Source of the DNA: Methanobacteriota archaeon
GTDB taxonomy: Archaea > Thermoplasmatota > Poseidoniia > Poseidoniales > Thalassarchaeaceae
Direction: 5' to 3'
Assembly: GCA_011523185.1 (NCBI GenBank)
Contig: WTHI01000135.1
Location: 8,564-72,563 of the forward strand
DNA: 64,000 nt
Below, in pieces: positions 1-7,967 of the stretch. A program made the position numbers and the translations under genes. Within the stretch, counting starts at the first letter, position 1; each line of letters starts with the position of its first letter. The notes beneath the pieces are model-generated. The model did no database searches. It saw only the letters and a list, made by a program, of their open reading frames with translations, and was not told where the DNA came from.

Positions 1-714
1 GCGGTCCAACTTGGATTTGTGGTCAGCCATTCATCAGCCAGCGACTTCCCATTCGGCACAAGTACCGGAGATTGGGCAGGTTTTGCTATAGGAAATCTAG
101 TTCTAATTTTCCTCGCGGTAATTGTTGTACATAGAGCAGTAATCGAAACTAGAGACATACATGTCGAAGAGCGGCATACGCATCCTGATCCGAGGGTAGT
201 TCAGAAGGCATGGAGAGATCATAGTCTGAAAGCATGGAGCTTGAATTTGGCAACCTGGATTGTATTTCTGAATGTTTCATCTTGGGCTGGAGCACATGCG
301 GTTTCTCCTCGTCCACCAATTGAAAATGATATGACTCTGTATGTAGTAATTTATGCGTTGTTTGGAATTATTTCTATGGCTTTGCTGGTCCATGTATTGT
401 GGTATCCACAATTTATGTTAGGCGCAGCAGGAGATCGTATTCAATCCGTTCGAGCAAGGGAAGTTGCGGGCGAATTTGTCCCCAAAAAGGCAAGCCGGAG
501 CCAAGGATCTTGTCCAATTTGTAGTGCCGATTCCGTTGCTGTTAGAAATCAGGATGGTAGTATTCAGGTGCCTTGCTCGAATTGTGAAGGAAATGGCGCA
601 CCGGGTACAGCTTGCGCGGAATGCAATACAATAATACCAGCAAGAATATCTTGTAGGGAGTGTGGTTCAAGCACCACTGTAATGAGTCACTTTTCACGAT
701 CTGAAGCCTGGTAA
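1..714 (+). CDS. Multi-pass membrane protein with C-terminal double zinc ribbon (5'-truncated by window)
   Basis: Frame open from base 1; three hydrophobic segments, then CPIC/CSNC/CAEC/CREC. Confidence 0.75.
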   Translation, partial: AVQLGFVVSHSSASDFPFGTSTGDWAGFAIGNLVLIFLAVIVVHRAVIETRDIHVEERHTHPDPRVVQKAWRDHSLKAWSLNLATWIVFLNVSSWAGAHAVSPRPPIENDMTLYVVIYALFGIISMALLVHVLWYPQFMLGAAGDRIQSVRAREVAGEFVPKKASRSQGSCPICSADSVAVRNQDGSIQVPCSNCEGNGAPGTACAECNTIIPARISCRECGSSTTVMSHFSRSEAW

Positions 715-738
715 TTTCACAATTTGGAGTCATTTAGG

Positions 739-2025
739 ATGGAAGAGGAAACAATCGAAAATCCATCTGAAGTTAACAACCCAACAAAAGACAATAGCGC
801 ATTGCCATGGTTGATTGGCTCAGTTTCTACATTAGCATTTATCCTAGTGGCTTCAGTCATTTTCCTTTGGCTTAAATCAGTGGCTGATGAGATATTGATT
901 GGAGGCCCTCCACCAACCTTGACCGGATGGGAGCAATCGTACCAAGAATTGACAGGATTCGACGAAGTATCGGGATTGGATGGAAGCGGTGTTGTAGTTT
1001 GTGTAGTTGATTCTGGTATCGAAATGAGTCATCCCGATTTACAGCACCTTGCATTAGCCGGTTGGTTAGATGTAATTAATGGGCAAAATGAGCCATATGA
1101 TGACGAGGGTCATGGAACCGCAATGGCAGGAATTATAGTTGCGAAAAATGGACTCAGTGGAAATGCTCAAGGTGTTGATTTATTGGTTGCAAAGGCAATA
1201 GATTCCAATGGAGAAGGCACAGATACCGGAATTGCTGAGGCGGTGGATTGGTGCGCCGATAATCAGGCCGACATAATCTCATTGAGCTTAGGCGGAGAAG
1301 GAGGGATTAGTTTTGGTGGAATTACTACTGACCAACTTGAAAGCGCGGTTCAAGATGCTCTTGATCAAGGAATATTCGTGGTTGCGGCAGCAGGAAATGA
1401 TGGACAGGACGATGATGGAGACGTGTCCTCACCTGGCTCAGTAGAGGATGTGATCTGTGTTGGTGGAGCGACTAGGCTGGGCAACGTTTGGAGAGGAAGT
1501 TCACAGGGAGATAATGATGGTAGACTTTGGCCTCCAATGTTGCCTCGTTCAGATCCCGATATGAAACCCGAAATTTTGGCTCCCGGAGCGGAAGTGCCCA
1601 TTCTATTCGCGGGAGGTGCCGGAGATGGCGCATGGTGGGGTTGGGCGAGTGGAACCTCAGCCGCTACCGCTTGGGTCTCGGGAGGATTGGCAATAATTCT
1701 CGAAGCCCACCCTGAGTTGCAAAGAGAGGGCACTTCAGGCGGCCCAAATGCAATTGAATTTATCAAAACGCAATTGAGCGAAAATTCACAAATGGACGAT
1801 GGACAATCTGAACATGATGACAAGTTTGGTTATGGAATATTTCGAATTGATTTGATGTTAGAGGCATTGAGCAATTCGAGTTCAGAAGAAGAGGTAGAAT
1901 ACTCTTCTAGTTATTTACAACACATCGACATTAACGATTCAAATCAGGCAGAGCGAAGGAAGACTCCTAGTGTTCCTCCTGCCAGTTCAACAAAGGCGGC
2001 AGAGTGGTTGGAGTTGACCGATTGA
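739..2025 (+). CDS. Membrane-anchored S8 (subtilisin-like) serine peptidase
   Basis: VVDSG (Asp), GHGTAMAG (His), AAGN (oxyanion), SGTSAA (Ser); N-terminal TM helix; ATG at 739 preferred over TTG at 724. Confidence 0.92.
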   Translation: MEEETIENPSEVNNPTKDNSALPWLIGSVSTLAFILVASVIFLWLKSVADEILIGGPPPTLTGWEQSYQELTGFDEVSGLDGSGVVVCVVDSGIEMSHPDLQHLALAGWLDVINGQNEPYDDEGHGTAMAGIIVAKNGLSGNAQGVDLLVAKAIDSNGEGTDTGIAEAVDWCADNQADIISLSLGGEGGISFGGITTDQLESAVQDALDQGIFVVAAAGNDGQDDDGDVSSPGSVEDVICVGGATRLGNVWRGSSQGDNDGRLWPPMLPRSDPDMKPEILAPGAEVPILFAGGAGDGAWWGWASGTSAATAWVSGGLAIILEAHPELQREGTSGGPNAIEFIKTQLSENSQMDDGQSEHDDKFGYGIFRIDLMLEALSNSSSEEEVEYSSSYLQHIDINDSNQAERRKTPSVPPASSTKAAEWLELTD

Positions 2026-2738
2026 ACAAATTCAATCCATTCATTGAATGAAGCTACGACCTGTTGTGCGGGAGTCATTTCCACGCCTGTTACTGGCTCA
2101 CCAACATCTCCAGTTGGCACTTGTGGTTCCAAGGCCATTACTACTCCACCTGGTGCTAGTAGATTGAATGCCAGAGTTGCAGCTCGAACTCTCTCTATCT
2201 CTGGTAAATCGATGATTACGAGATCTATTGGTTGAGGGAGAGGAGCACTTCTAGCAACATCGGGAAGTGTGGCATTCGCTGCATTCCAAGATTCAGTCTC
2301 AGCAGCAATTTCACTCCAAGGGTCTGAAATCACCTGTGCCCAGTTAGAAGCATCATATCGGCGAAGTAATCTATCAATGATTACTCCAAATTTTCCACCT
2401 TCCTCAATGACACGAAGTGTCTCAGGACGGTTACTGCCCTCAGAATCTTCGATAGCAGGATCACCGCACCATAAATCCATCATCCAAGCGGTAAGATGGC
2501 CGATACCTCCGCCGATAATTACTACATTTTTGGCAGGAATTCGACCCGCTATATCACGTATCCTTTTTCTAATAGAGCGAGGTAATGGCCTCAAATCCAT
2601 GTGAATCATTTGTTCGCCGATAGCAGCAGCGATTTCAGGTTCAGAACCACTTCTTGATTCATCATCACCAAGAAGTTGCTCAAACATCTCCCTTTGAGAC
2701 ATAGTTGGAAGTCCAAATCCATCCCCTATCTCACTCAT
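1944..2738 (-). CDS. Class I SAM-dependent methyltransferase-fold protein
   Basis: VVIIGGGIG motif I, IDLVIID, LAPGGVV; GGAGG before ATG 2738. Confidence 0.6.
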   Translation of the reverse strand: MSEIGDGFGLPTMSQREMFEQLLGDDESRSGSEPEIAAAIGEQMIHMDLRPLPRSIRKRIRDIAGRIPAKNVVIIGGGIGHLTAWMMDLWCGDPAIEDSEGSNRPETLRVIEEGGKFGVIIDRLLRRYDASNWAQVISDPWSEIAAETESWNAANATLPDVARSAPLPQPIDLVIIDLPEIERVRAATLAFNLLAPGGVVMALEPQVPTGDVGEPVTGVEMTPAQQVVASFNEWIEFVQSVNSNHSAAFVELAGGTLGVFLRSA

Positions 2739-2760
2739 AATAGCGCCTCCAGTGACCCTC

Positions 2761-2794
2761 TCTTGAACCATCCCACGCGCGGATGGCTTCAAGA
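2761..2794. promoter_or_regulatory. Back-to-back divergent promoters forming an inverted repeat
   Basis: TCTTGAACCATCC-cacgcgc-GGATGGcTTCAAGA; each TTCAAG ends 24 nt from a start codon (2738 on -, 2817 on +). Confidence 0.55.
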
Positions 2795-2816
2795 ACGGTA
2801 GGTCAGCCGCGCAGAT

Positions 2817-3449
2817 GTGAACGAAGGGCTAGATGACGAGGAGACGGTTGACGTCTCTGAATGTTCTAATTGTGAAGATTTCACAGAGCATCGAATACTT
2901 CGCAGAGTCAACAAGGGAGAAGGAGAGGACCTACTGATCCAATGTGTTGATTGCAATGAGGTGCAAACCCTTCACTTGAGACCTGGTAAAGCAATCAAGA
3001 TTACTTCAATACTTTCCGATGGAGCCGAAAGTCAAACACAGTCTATTGAATCAGATGATGATGAATTGATCTCTGTAGGTGATGTTTTTGACCATGATGG
3101 AATACTATACAGAGTTACCAGAATAGATGATTCGGACACTAGATCAAAGCAAACTATGGTAGCCAAAGAAATCTCAACACTTTGGGCTGTCCGCTGTGAT
3201 AAATGCAAAGTTCGTTTAACAATGACAGATGGTGAAGAAAGTAGTTCAAAAACTATTGAATGCTCTCCTGATAAGGTGTTTTCATGTGGTTCAATTATGG
3301 AAATAGAAGGAGTCCGTTGGAGAATTCGGGCACTGCATACCGGAAAGGGGAGAACCCTTCGAGGTAAGCGGCCTGCAGTTGACCTTAGGCGAATTTATCT
3401 CCATCCTCCATACAATCCTAGAGAAGACCGAAGACAAAATAGGCGATGA
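2817..3449 (+). CDS. HVO_0476-family archaeal zinc-finger protein
   Basis: CSNC...H.IL...CVDC N-terminus followed by two repeated beta-rich modules. Confidence 0.75.
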   Translation: MNEGLDDEETVDVSECSNCEDFTEHRILRRVNKGEGEDLLIQCVDCNEVQTLHLRPGKAIKITSILSDGAESQTQSIESDDDELISVGDVFDHDGILYRVTRIDDSDTRSKQTMVAKEISTLWAVRCDKCKVRLTMTDGEESSSKTIECSPDKVFSCGSIMEIEGVRWRIRALHTGKGRTLRGKRPAVDLRRIYLHPPYNPREDRRQNRR

Positions 3450-4424
3450 TTATCGTCTATTTGTCCATGGCATAATTATGCTCTTTGCTACATGCCAAGC
3501 CACATCGGGGTTCTCTCTTAATCGGCGCATACTATACTCGTACCACCTACTGCCATAGGGGATGTATACACGTGTTAGATGACCTTCTTTTGCCAACTTT
3601 CGTCGTATATTGCCTCTGACTCCAAGAAGAAATTGAAACTCATATCCCGGTCCCTTTCCACTTCTTTCTGGACCTGCATTTCCTCTCGGATCATCTATTG
3701 TTGGACCCATACCCCTGTCTTCTAATGCCGCTATTGAATGGTCGATTACAGGTATGTCATGAGATGCAATAGCGGTGTATGCTCCTACATCTAATAAGTC
3801 TTCAATCGCCTTATTTGTTGCTAGGACAATATCATGATATTTCGTGTGAGCAATATCTTCAGGTTCAAGGTAAATTCCCTTACAAATTCTAACGTCTGAA
3901 TTACCGCCCAATATTGACGAAAGTGAAGTGATGTCCTCTCCAGTTCTAAACAACCTAGATTGGAGGACTGTGCCAATGTTGGTTAATCCACGATTATGCA
4001 TCTCAATTACAATGTCAATAGTGGACTGAGTCACCCTATTATCTTCCATATCCAATCTTACGAAGATATTGTTTTTTGATGCAATTCTAGTAATTTTCTC
4101 AATATTTTCTAGTGCTTGCTTTTCATCAATTAATAATCCAAAAGCGGTTGGTTTGAGAGAAATATTTGCATCCATATCTTCTGCAATGATTGCATCCAAC
4201 GCCCTATGATATTCGTTTACGAAAAAGTTCGCTTCTTCTAAGCTAGTTATCTCTTCGCCCAATACGTCTAGAGTAAAACAAGCACCCTGAGATTTCATTG
4301 AGCGCATTACCTGCAATGCGCTCTCTAAATCTGGGCCGGCAACATACCTCTTTGCTACCCACCCTACGACGAATCTTGGAGTGATTGGCATCATCAGCAT
4401 GACGAGACGGCCGAGTGCCCCCAT
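3450..4424 (-). CDS. Proline dehydrogenase (monofunctional)
   Basis: TLDVLGE, ISLKPT, VRLDME, VRICKGIY, IASHD, FQFLLG, RVYIPYG, RRLRE. Confidence 0.93.
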   Translation of the reverse strand: MGALGRLVMLMMPITPRFVVGWVAKRYVAGPDLESALQVMRSMKSQGACFTLDVLGEEITSLEEANFFVNEYHRALDAIIAEDMDANISLKPTAFGLLIDEKQALENIEKITRIASKNNIFVRLDMEDNRVTQSTIDIVIEMHNRGLTNIGTVLQSRLFRTGEDITSLSSILGGNSDVRICKGIYLEPEDIAHTKYHDIVLATNKAIEDLLDVGAYTAIASHDIPVIDHSIAALEDRGMGPTIDDPRGNAGPERSGKGPGYEFQFLLGVRGNIRRKLAKEGHLTRVYIPYGSRWYEYSMRRLRENPDVAWHVAKSIIMPWTNRR

Positions 4425-4461
4425 ATCGAAGGCCGTGTGACAGGAGCACTTTCACGCTTGC

Positions 4462-5394
4462 TCAAGGAATAATCTCCTTCCCTCGGCGAACTTCAACATC
4501 AAGGGAGGATAATTCTGCAATGATTGCATTTCGTTGCCAGCCTTTGAACGATTTACGATCAAGATGCGCAAATATGGTTCCACCAGGAAATGCAATACGG
4601 GTTTTTTCAATTGCTTCCAACAAACTATGTCGCCAAGGACCAGATGGAGATTCTTTGTTTTGATCATCAAAAATTAATGCATAATTTGCCAATAAATGAC
4701 CAAATGGCAAACCACTTCGAATTGCAATATCCGAATGACGGGGAGCATAATGGCCGCCTCCAAGGCCAATCATAACATCCCCTTCACCAAACCATTCACC
4801 TTCGGGAGATTTATCAGATAACCCTAGAACCCTAGAGATCACTGCTGCCCAAAGCATTGCGGCATCTTTGCGAATCCACTCAGATTCTGTAGATCCTATC
4901 TCTAGGTAAAGTGTAGGTTTGGTAAGAACTGGACCATGATGAGTTGTTTCTAAACTGACCTCAAATTCATCCGCTAATTCTGATTTAGAGGATTCTTCCC
5001 TAAGGGCCGAATATATGGCAGAAAATCTCGGCGATGGAGGCACCGCAATGCCCTTTATGCCACCAGCAAATCCTTCTTCTCCATGCGGTATTTCACCAGG
5101 GACACCTATTGCATGAACGGTAAGGGAAGGGAGGCCACTTTTGGCAGCGTGGCGGGAAAGGACTAGGACTTCATCTACTGTCTCTGCAGTCTGTTTTTCG
5201 TGAATTATATCAATACCATCCGCATAAATGTGTAACTTTTCGATTAATAGTAGATGAACTGGTTGAGTAGAGTGCCTCATGAATAATCCATGAGGCAATA
5301 TTTCAGGAGCATCCCAGCCTCCAAGACCAACAACTGCTTCATGGAGATTAACAGAGGCGTTATCTGCTTTCGACGCTAGCAGAAGTGTCACCAT
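4462..5394 (-). CDS. dtdA: D-aminoacyl-tRNA deacylase (archaeal DTD2)
   Basis: LSRH, SLTVH, ETTHHGP, LEIGSTE, GLGGGHYAP. Confidence 0.92.
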   Translation of the reverse strand: MVTLLLASKADNASVNLHEAVVGLGGWDAPEILPHGLFMRHSTQPVHLLLIEKLHIYADGIDIIHEKQTAETVDEVLVLSRHAAKSGLPSLTVHAIGVPGEIPHGEEGFAGGIKGIAVPPSPRFSAIYSALREESSKSELADEFEVSLETTHHGPVLTKPTLYLEIGSTESEWIRKDAAMLWAAVISRVLGLSDKSPEGEWFGEGDVMIGLGGGHYAPRHSDIAIRSGLPFGHLLANYALIFDDQNKESPSGPWRHSLLEAIEKTRIAFPGGTIFAHLDRKSFKGWQRNAIIAELSSLDVEVRRGKEIIP

Positions 5395-5487
5395 AGAAGC
5401 CTGCTAGAAGCCTAATGACTTCAACCCATCCAATCATGAATTGAATAACCAGAGTCAGTCGCACCACAGGTTCAAACACAAGAACCG

Positions 5488-6399
5488 GTGGGTCAAGTCG
5501 TGGAACGAACTATCCCCTTCACTCCAACTCAAGTGGTTGATTGTGGAGAGACTTATGTCGTTATAGGAAGTCTTGGTGAATTAGCAAAACTGGATAATGA
5601 GGGTAAATTGATTGAAGACTATTCTATTCCATTCCCCTCAACGATTACTCACTCAACTAACTTGGGTGATTATTGGATTGGAATTTGGCTAGAAGCAGAA
5701 ATGAGATTGGCAAGAATTTCCAGCCTAAATTTGTCCAATATCTGGGAAAATGGCAATTCACGTGGTGAACTGAGGACTTCTTTGGACCCTATGTCTCTAC
5801 ACCCAAAAAACTCAGTTTGGTCTCACGCCCTTGACTCTGAACCCACATGCCTTACTGCCATTGGTGATGACTTCTGCTTTGTCTTACGTGGTAAAGGCGT
5901 ATATCGAATGGACAGGGAAGCAAATGAGGTGTGGCGATCTAGCCTACCCAGTACCATTGATGGTAAATTGAGGGGAACTGAAACTGCAATTTCAATTTCA
6001 CAATATGATGATTTTCTGAGCATTTGGTATGATAATGGATTGGTAGTGGATATTTCGGCAGATTCTGGTGTTGAAATCGATAGGAGAAGCTTACAAATCT
6101 CAGATAGAATAGAAAGAGTATTTCATTCAGGGGATTTGCATTTGCTGACTTTATCAGAAGGAGGATTTCTAATTTCAAATAGAGAGACTGTTTTGCAATC
6201 TCATAACACCCCTGGCCCATTATTTGCTGCAAGAAATAGAAATGGCAACTGGGAGTTTACGGGTTGGAGATTCGATGGTCGATTAAGCAATTCAAGCCTA
6301 GAGATTTCACCTAGAAATCAACTAGGCGTTGGCTTTGTTGCAGACAAGGTCTTGACAAATGATGGGACCTTGAGTGATTTTACGATTATTCGTTCTTGA
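5488..6399 (+). CDS. Hypothetical protein, possibly beta-propeller-like
   Basis: 303-aa ORF of short beta-strand/W-containing segments; no recognised motif. Confidence 0.6.
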   Translation: MGQVVERTIPFTPTQVVDCGETYVVIGSLGELAKLDNEGKLIEDYSIPFPSTITHSTNLGDYWIGIWLEAEMRLARISSLNLSNIWENGNSRGELRTSLDPMSLHPKNSVWSHALDSEPTCLTAIGDDFCFVLRGKGVYRMDREANEVWRSSLPSTIDGKLRGTETAISISQYDDFLSIWYDNGLVVDISADSGVEIDRRSLQISDRIERVFHSGDLHLLTLSEGGFLISNRETVLQSHNTPGPLFAARNRNGNWEFTGWRFDGRLSNSSLEISPRNQLGVGFVADKVLTNDGTLSDFTIIRS

Positions 6400-6553
6400 C
6401 TGTATGGCCACACTTTCCACAGGTTTTGCGATCAGAGTGTTGGCCTAGGAAAACACCAGGTCCACAGGTTGGACAGGTTTCTGCCCTTACTAACTCGTCA
6501 CCTTCGATTGTGTATTTCGACCATTTCGCATTTGCGTTCGGGCTATCGGACAT
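6386..6553 (-). CDS. rps27ae: 30S ribosomal protein S27ae (absent from supplied ORF track)
   Basis: Manual translation: MSDSPNANAKWSKYTIEGDELVRAETCPTCGPGVFLGQHSDRKTCGKCGHTVKNE; directly follows rps24e. Confidence 0.95.
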   Translation of the reverse strand: MSDSPNANAKWSKYTIEGDELVRAETCPTCGPGVFLGQHSDRKTCGKCGHTVKNE

Positions 6554-6936
6554 CACTCATCGCCTCCCTCTTCTGAATCCGCCTCTACTTCTTCCTCAGA
6601 GGACTCCTCAGCAACAGGTTCTGGAGCAGCTGGCTCCTCTGAATCACCTGGTGAGTGTATTGCGTTGTGGCGGTTATGAACAAATTCCGGCTCTAGTGTT
6701 GCTGATTTAGCATCACCATAGATGACTGCGATTCCAGTAGTCTGTGGGCGGCCAAAACGGGTGTTAACATTCTTCACGAAAGTCAATTCTTTCTTTGAGC
6801 CAGGTTCAGCCTTTGCAGCAGCTGCAACCATGTCAGAAAGTGTAGGTGTTGCTCCTTTGGAGTGATTCCAGCGGAAACTAATCTCTACTCTGTTAAGCAA
6901 TGGATTTTCTTTTCTCTCAATAATTTCCATATTCAT
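6553..6936 (-). CDS. rps24e: 30S ribosomal protein S24e
   Basis: ENPLLNRVEI, ATP, TRFG motifs; acidic C-terminal extension; GGAGG SD. Confidence 0.93.
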   Translation of the reverse strand: MNMEIIERKENPLLNRVEISFRWNHSKGATPTLSDMVAAAAKAEPGSKKELTFVKNVNTRFGRPQTTGIAVIYGDAKSATLEPEFVHNRHNAIHSPGDSEEPAAPEPVAEESSEEEVEADSEEGGDE

Positions 6937-6943
6937 TTCCTCC

Positions 6944-7159
6944 TTATCGTATGTTCACCTTCAAAGCGTAGGACCCGGGGTCGTTGATGTTCAATTTCTG
7001 AGCTACTTCGGAGCGCTTAGGGTGCATAATGACAACATAACCAGACCAGTCTGTTGTTACTGGCGCGGATGGGCAATGCATGCATTGTGGTGGGTCGCTT
7101 TTCTTCTCAGGATCTGGAAGAATTCTGTTACACTCCCCGCAAGCGAAGGATTTGGCCAT
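6944..7159 (-). CDS. spt4: Transcription elongation factor Spt4 (RpoE'')
   Basis: ACGEC...CMHC...TTDWSGYVVI...PGSYALKV. Confidence 0.93.
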   Translation of the reverse strand: MAKSFACGECNRILPDPEKKSDPPQCMHCPSAPVTTDWSGYVVIMHPKRSEVAQKLNINDPGSYALKVNIR

Positions 7160-7161
7160 TC

Positions 7162-7710
7162 TCAATCACCTCTAGTTAACCAATCGTGAGCGCCAAGGCC
7201 TGCCATCTTACAGTTCAAACCAATCTTACTGGACCTTGGGTCGTTTTGGTTAATCGCCTTTGAAACGATTCGGGAGCGAACATACGAACCCTCTTCGATA
7301 TGCTTGCCGGATTGAGAACCTTCGATTCTCCTTATACCCATATTTACTTGAACCGGTTCATCAAGAATCTGTGACTTGTGGAGTAGTGCCTCAATTGGCC
7401 CGATGCGAACGAATGCGCCGTATTCGGAAACCTCGGAAACTGCCCCATCTACTACCTCGTTTGCTTCCATTGTGAAATGTAGCGCCTTGAAGCGTACTCT
7501 CTGATAGATTGCACCATCGCCGTGAATTATCTTTCCACGACCTACGGTTTCGTGATCATAGGTTAGCAGTGTGTAGTTTTCGTCTTCATCAAATCGACCC
7601 TCAAAAGCTGCATGGGCCAAATCGTCAATATGGTCCTCCAACTTGCGTCCCTTTCGGATATATTCCGCTGGGATTCTGATGGTATCCTCCATTGTTACTA
7701 GGCTGTACAT
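7162..7710 (-). CDS. rpoE1: DNA-directed RNA polymerase subunit E' (Rpo7)
   Basis: GKIIHGDGA, S1 domain YGAFVRIGPIEALLHKSQI, KIGLNCKMAGLG. Confidence 0.95.
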   Translation of the reverse strand: MYSLVTMEDTIRIPAEYIRKGRKLEDHIDDLAHAAFEGRFDEDENYTLLTYDHETVGRGKIIHGDGAIYQRVRFKALHFTMEANEVVDGAVSEVSEYGAFVRIGPIEALLHKSQILDEPVQVNMGIRRIEGSQSGKHIEEGSYVRSRIVSKAINQNDPRSSKIGLNCKMAGLGAHDWLTRGD

Positions 7711-7714
7711 TCGG

Positions 7715-7817
7715 TTTCCTCCAATCGCCGGACCGCTCCGAGTTCAGTCGGAGGAAAGGCAGGTTAACCCTCCCGTCCCTCATCGGCTGTGCCTCCAGAG
7801 GAGAGGTCCGTGCGATT
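7715..7817 (-). ncRNA. Putative structured 5' leader of the rpoE'-spt4-rps24e-rps27ae operon
   Basis: Outer stem 7723-7739 pairs with 7800-7817; internal anti-SD at 7750-7757 is complementary to the SD at 7715-7722; TTATAG box at 7836-7841. Confidence 0.5.
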
Positions 7818-7896
7818 CGCCGACCTAAGGCCCTGCTATAAGCGCAACGGATGAGATTCTGGGGTAGAAATACTCTCGGCGATATGTAAATTACCC

Positions 7897-7913
7897 TCAG
7901 ACCGTAGGTCTGA
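7897..7913 (+). repeat. Perfect hairpin with C-GTA-G triloop
   Basis: TCAGACC-GTA-GGTCTGA. Confidence 0.8.
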
Positions 7914-7967
7914 ATGAGAGTTTACCCCTAACCTTCAAGTGGCTCGGAAAGCGCAAGTTCGACTCTG

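Noticed and set aside
6396-6710. 104-aa plus-strand ORF, and the many other short antisense ORFs in the track
   Set aside because: Shadow frames of well-supported genes (here rps27ae and rps24e).
7715-7830. 5S rRNA, SRP RNA or C/D sRNA
   Set aside because: No 5S or SRP conserved motifs; the GATGA/CTGA boxes are imperfect and lack C'/D' organisation.
7861-7928. Hammerhead ribozyme (GAAA at 7867 and CTGAATGA at 7910)
   Set aside because: Core has an extra nucleotide versus CUGANGA, there is no NUH site adjoining stem I, and stem III does not form properly.
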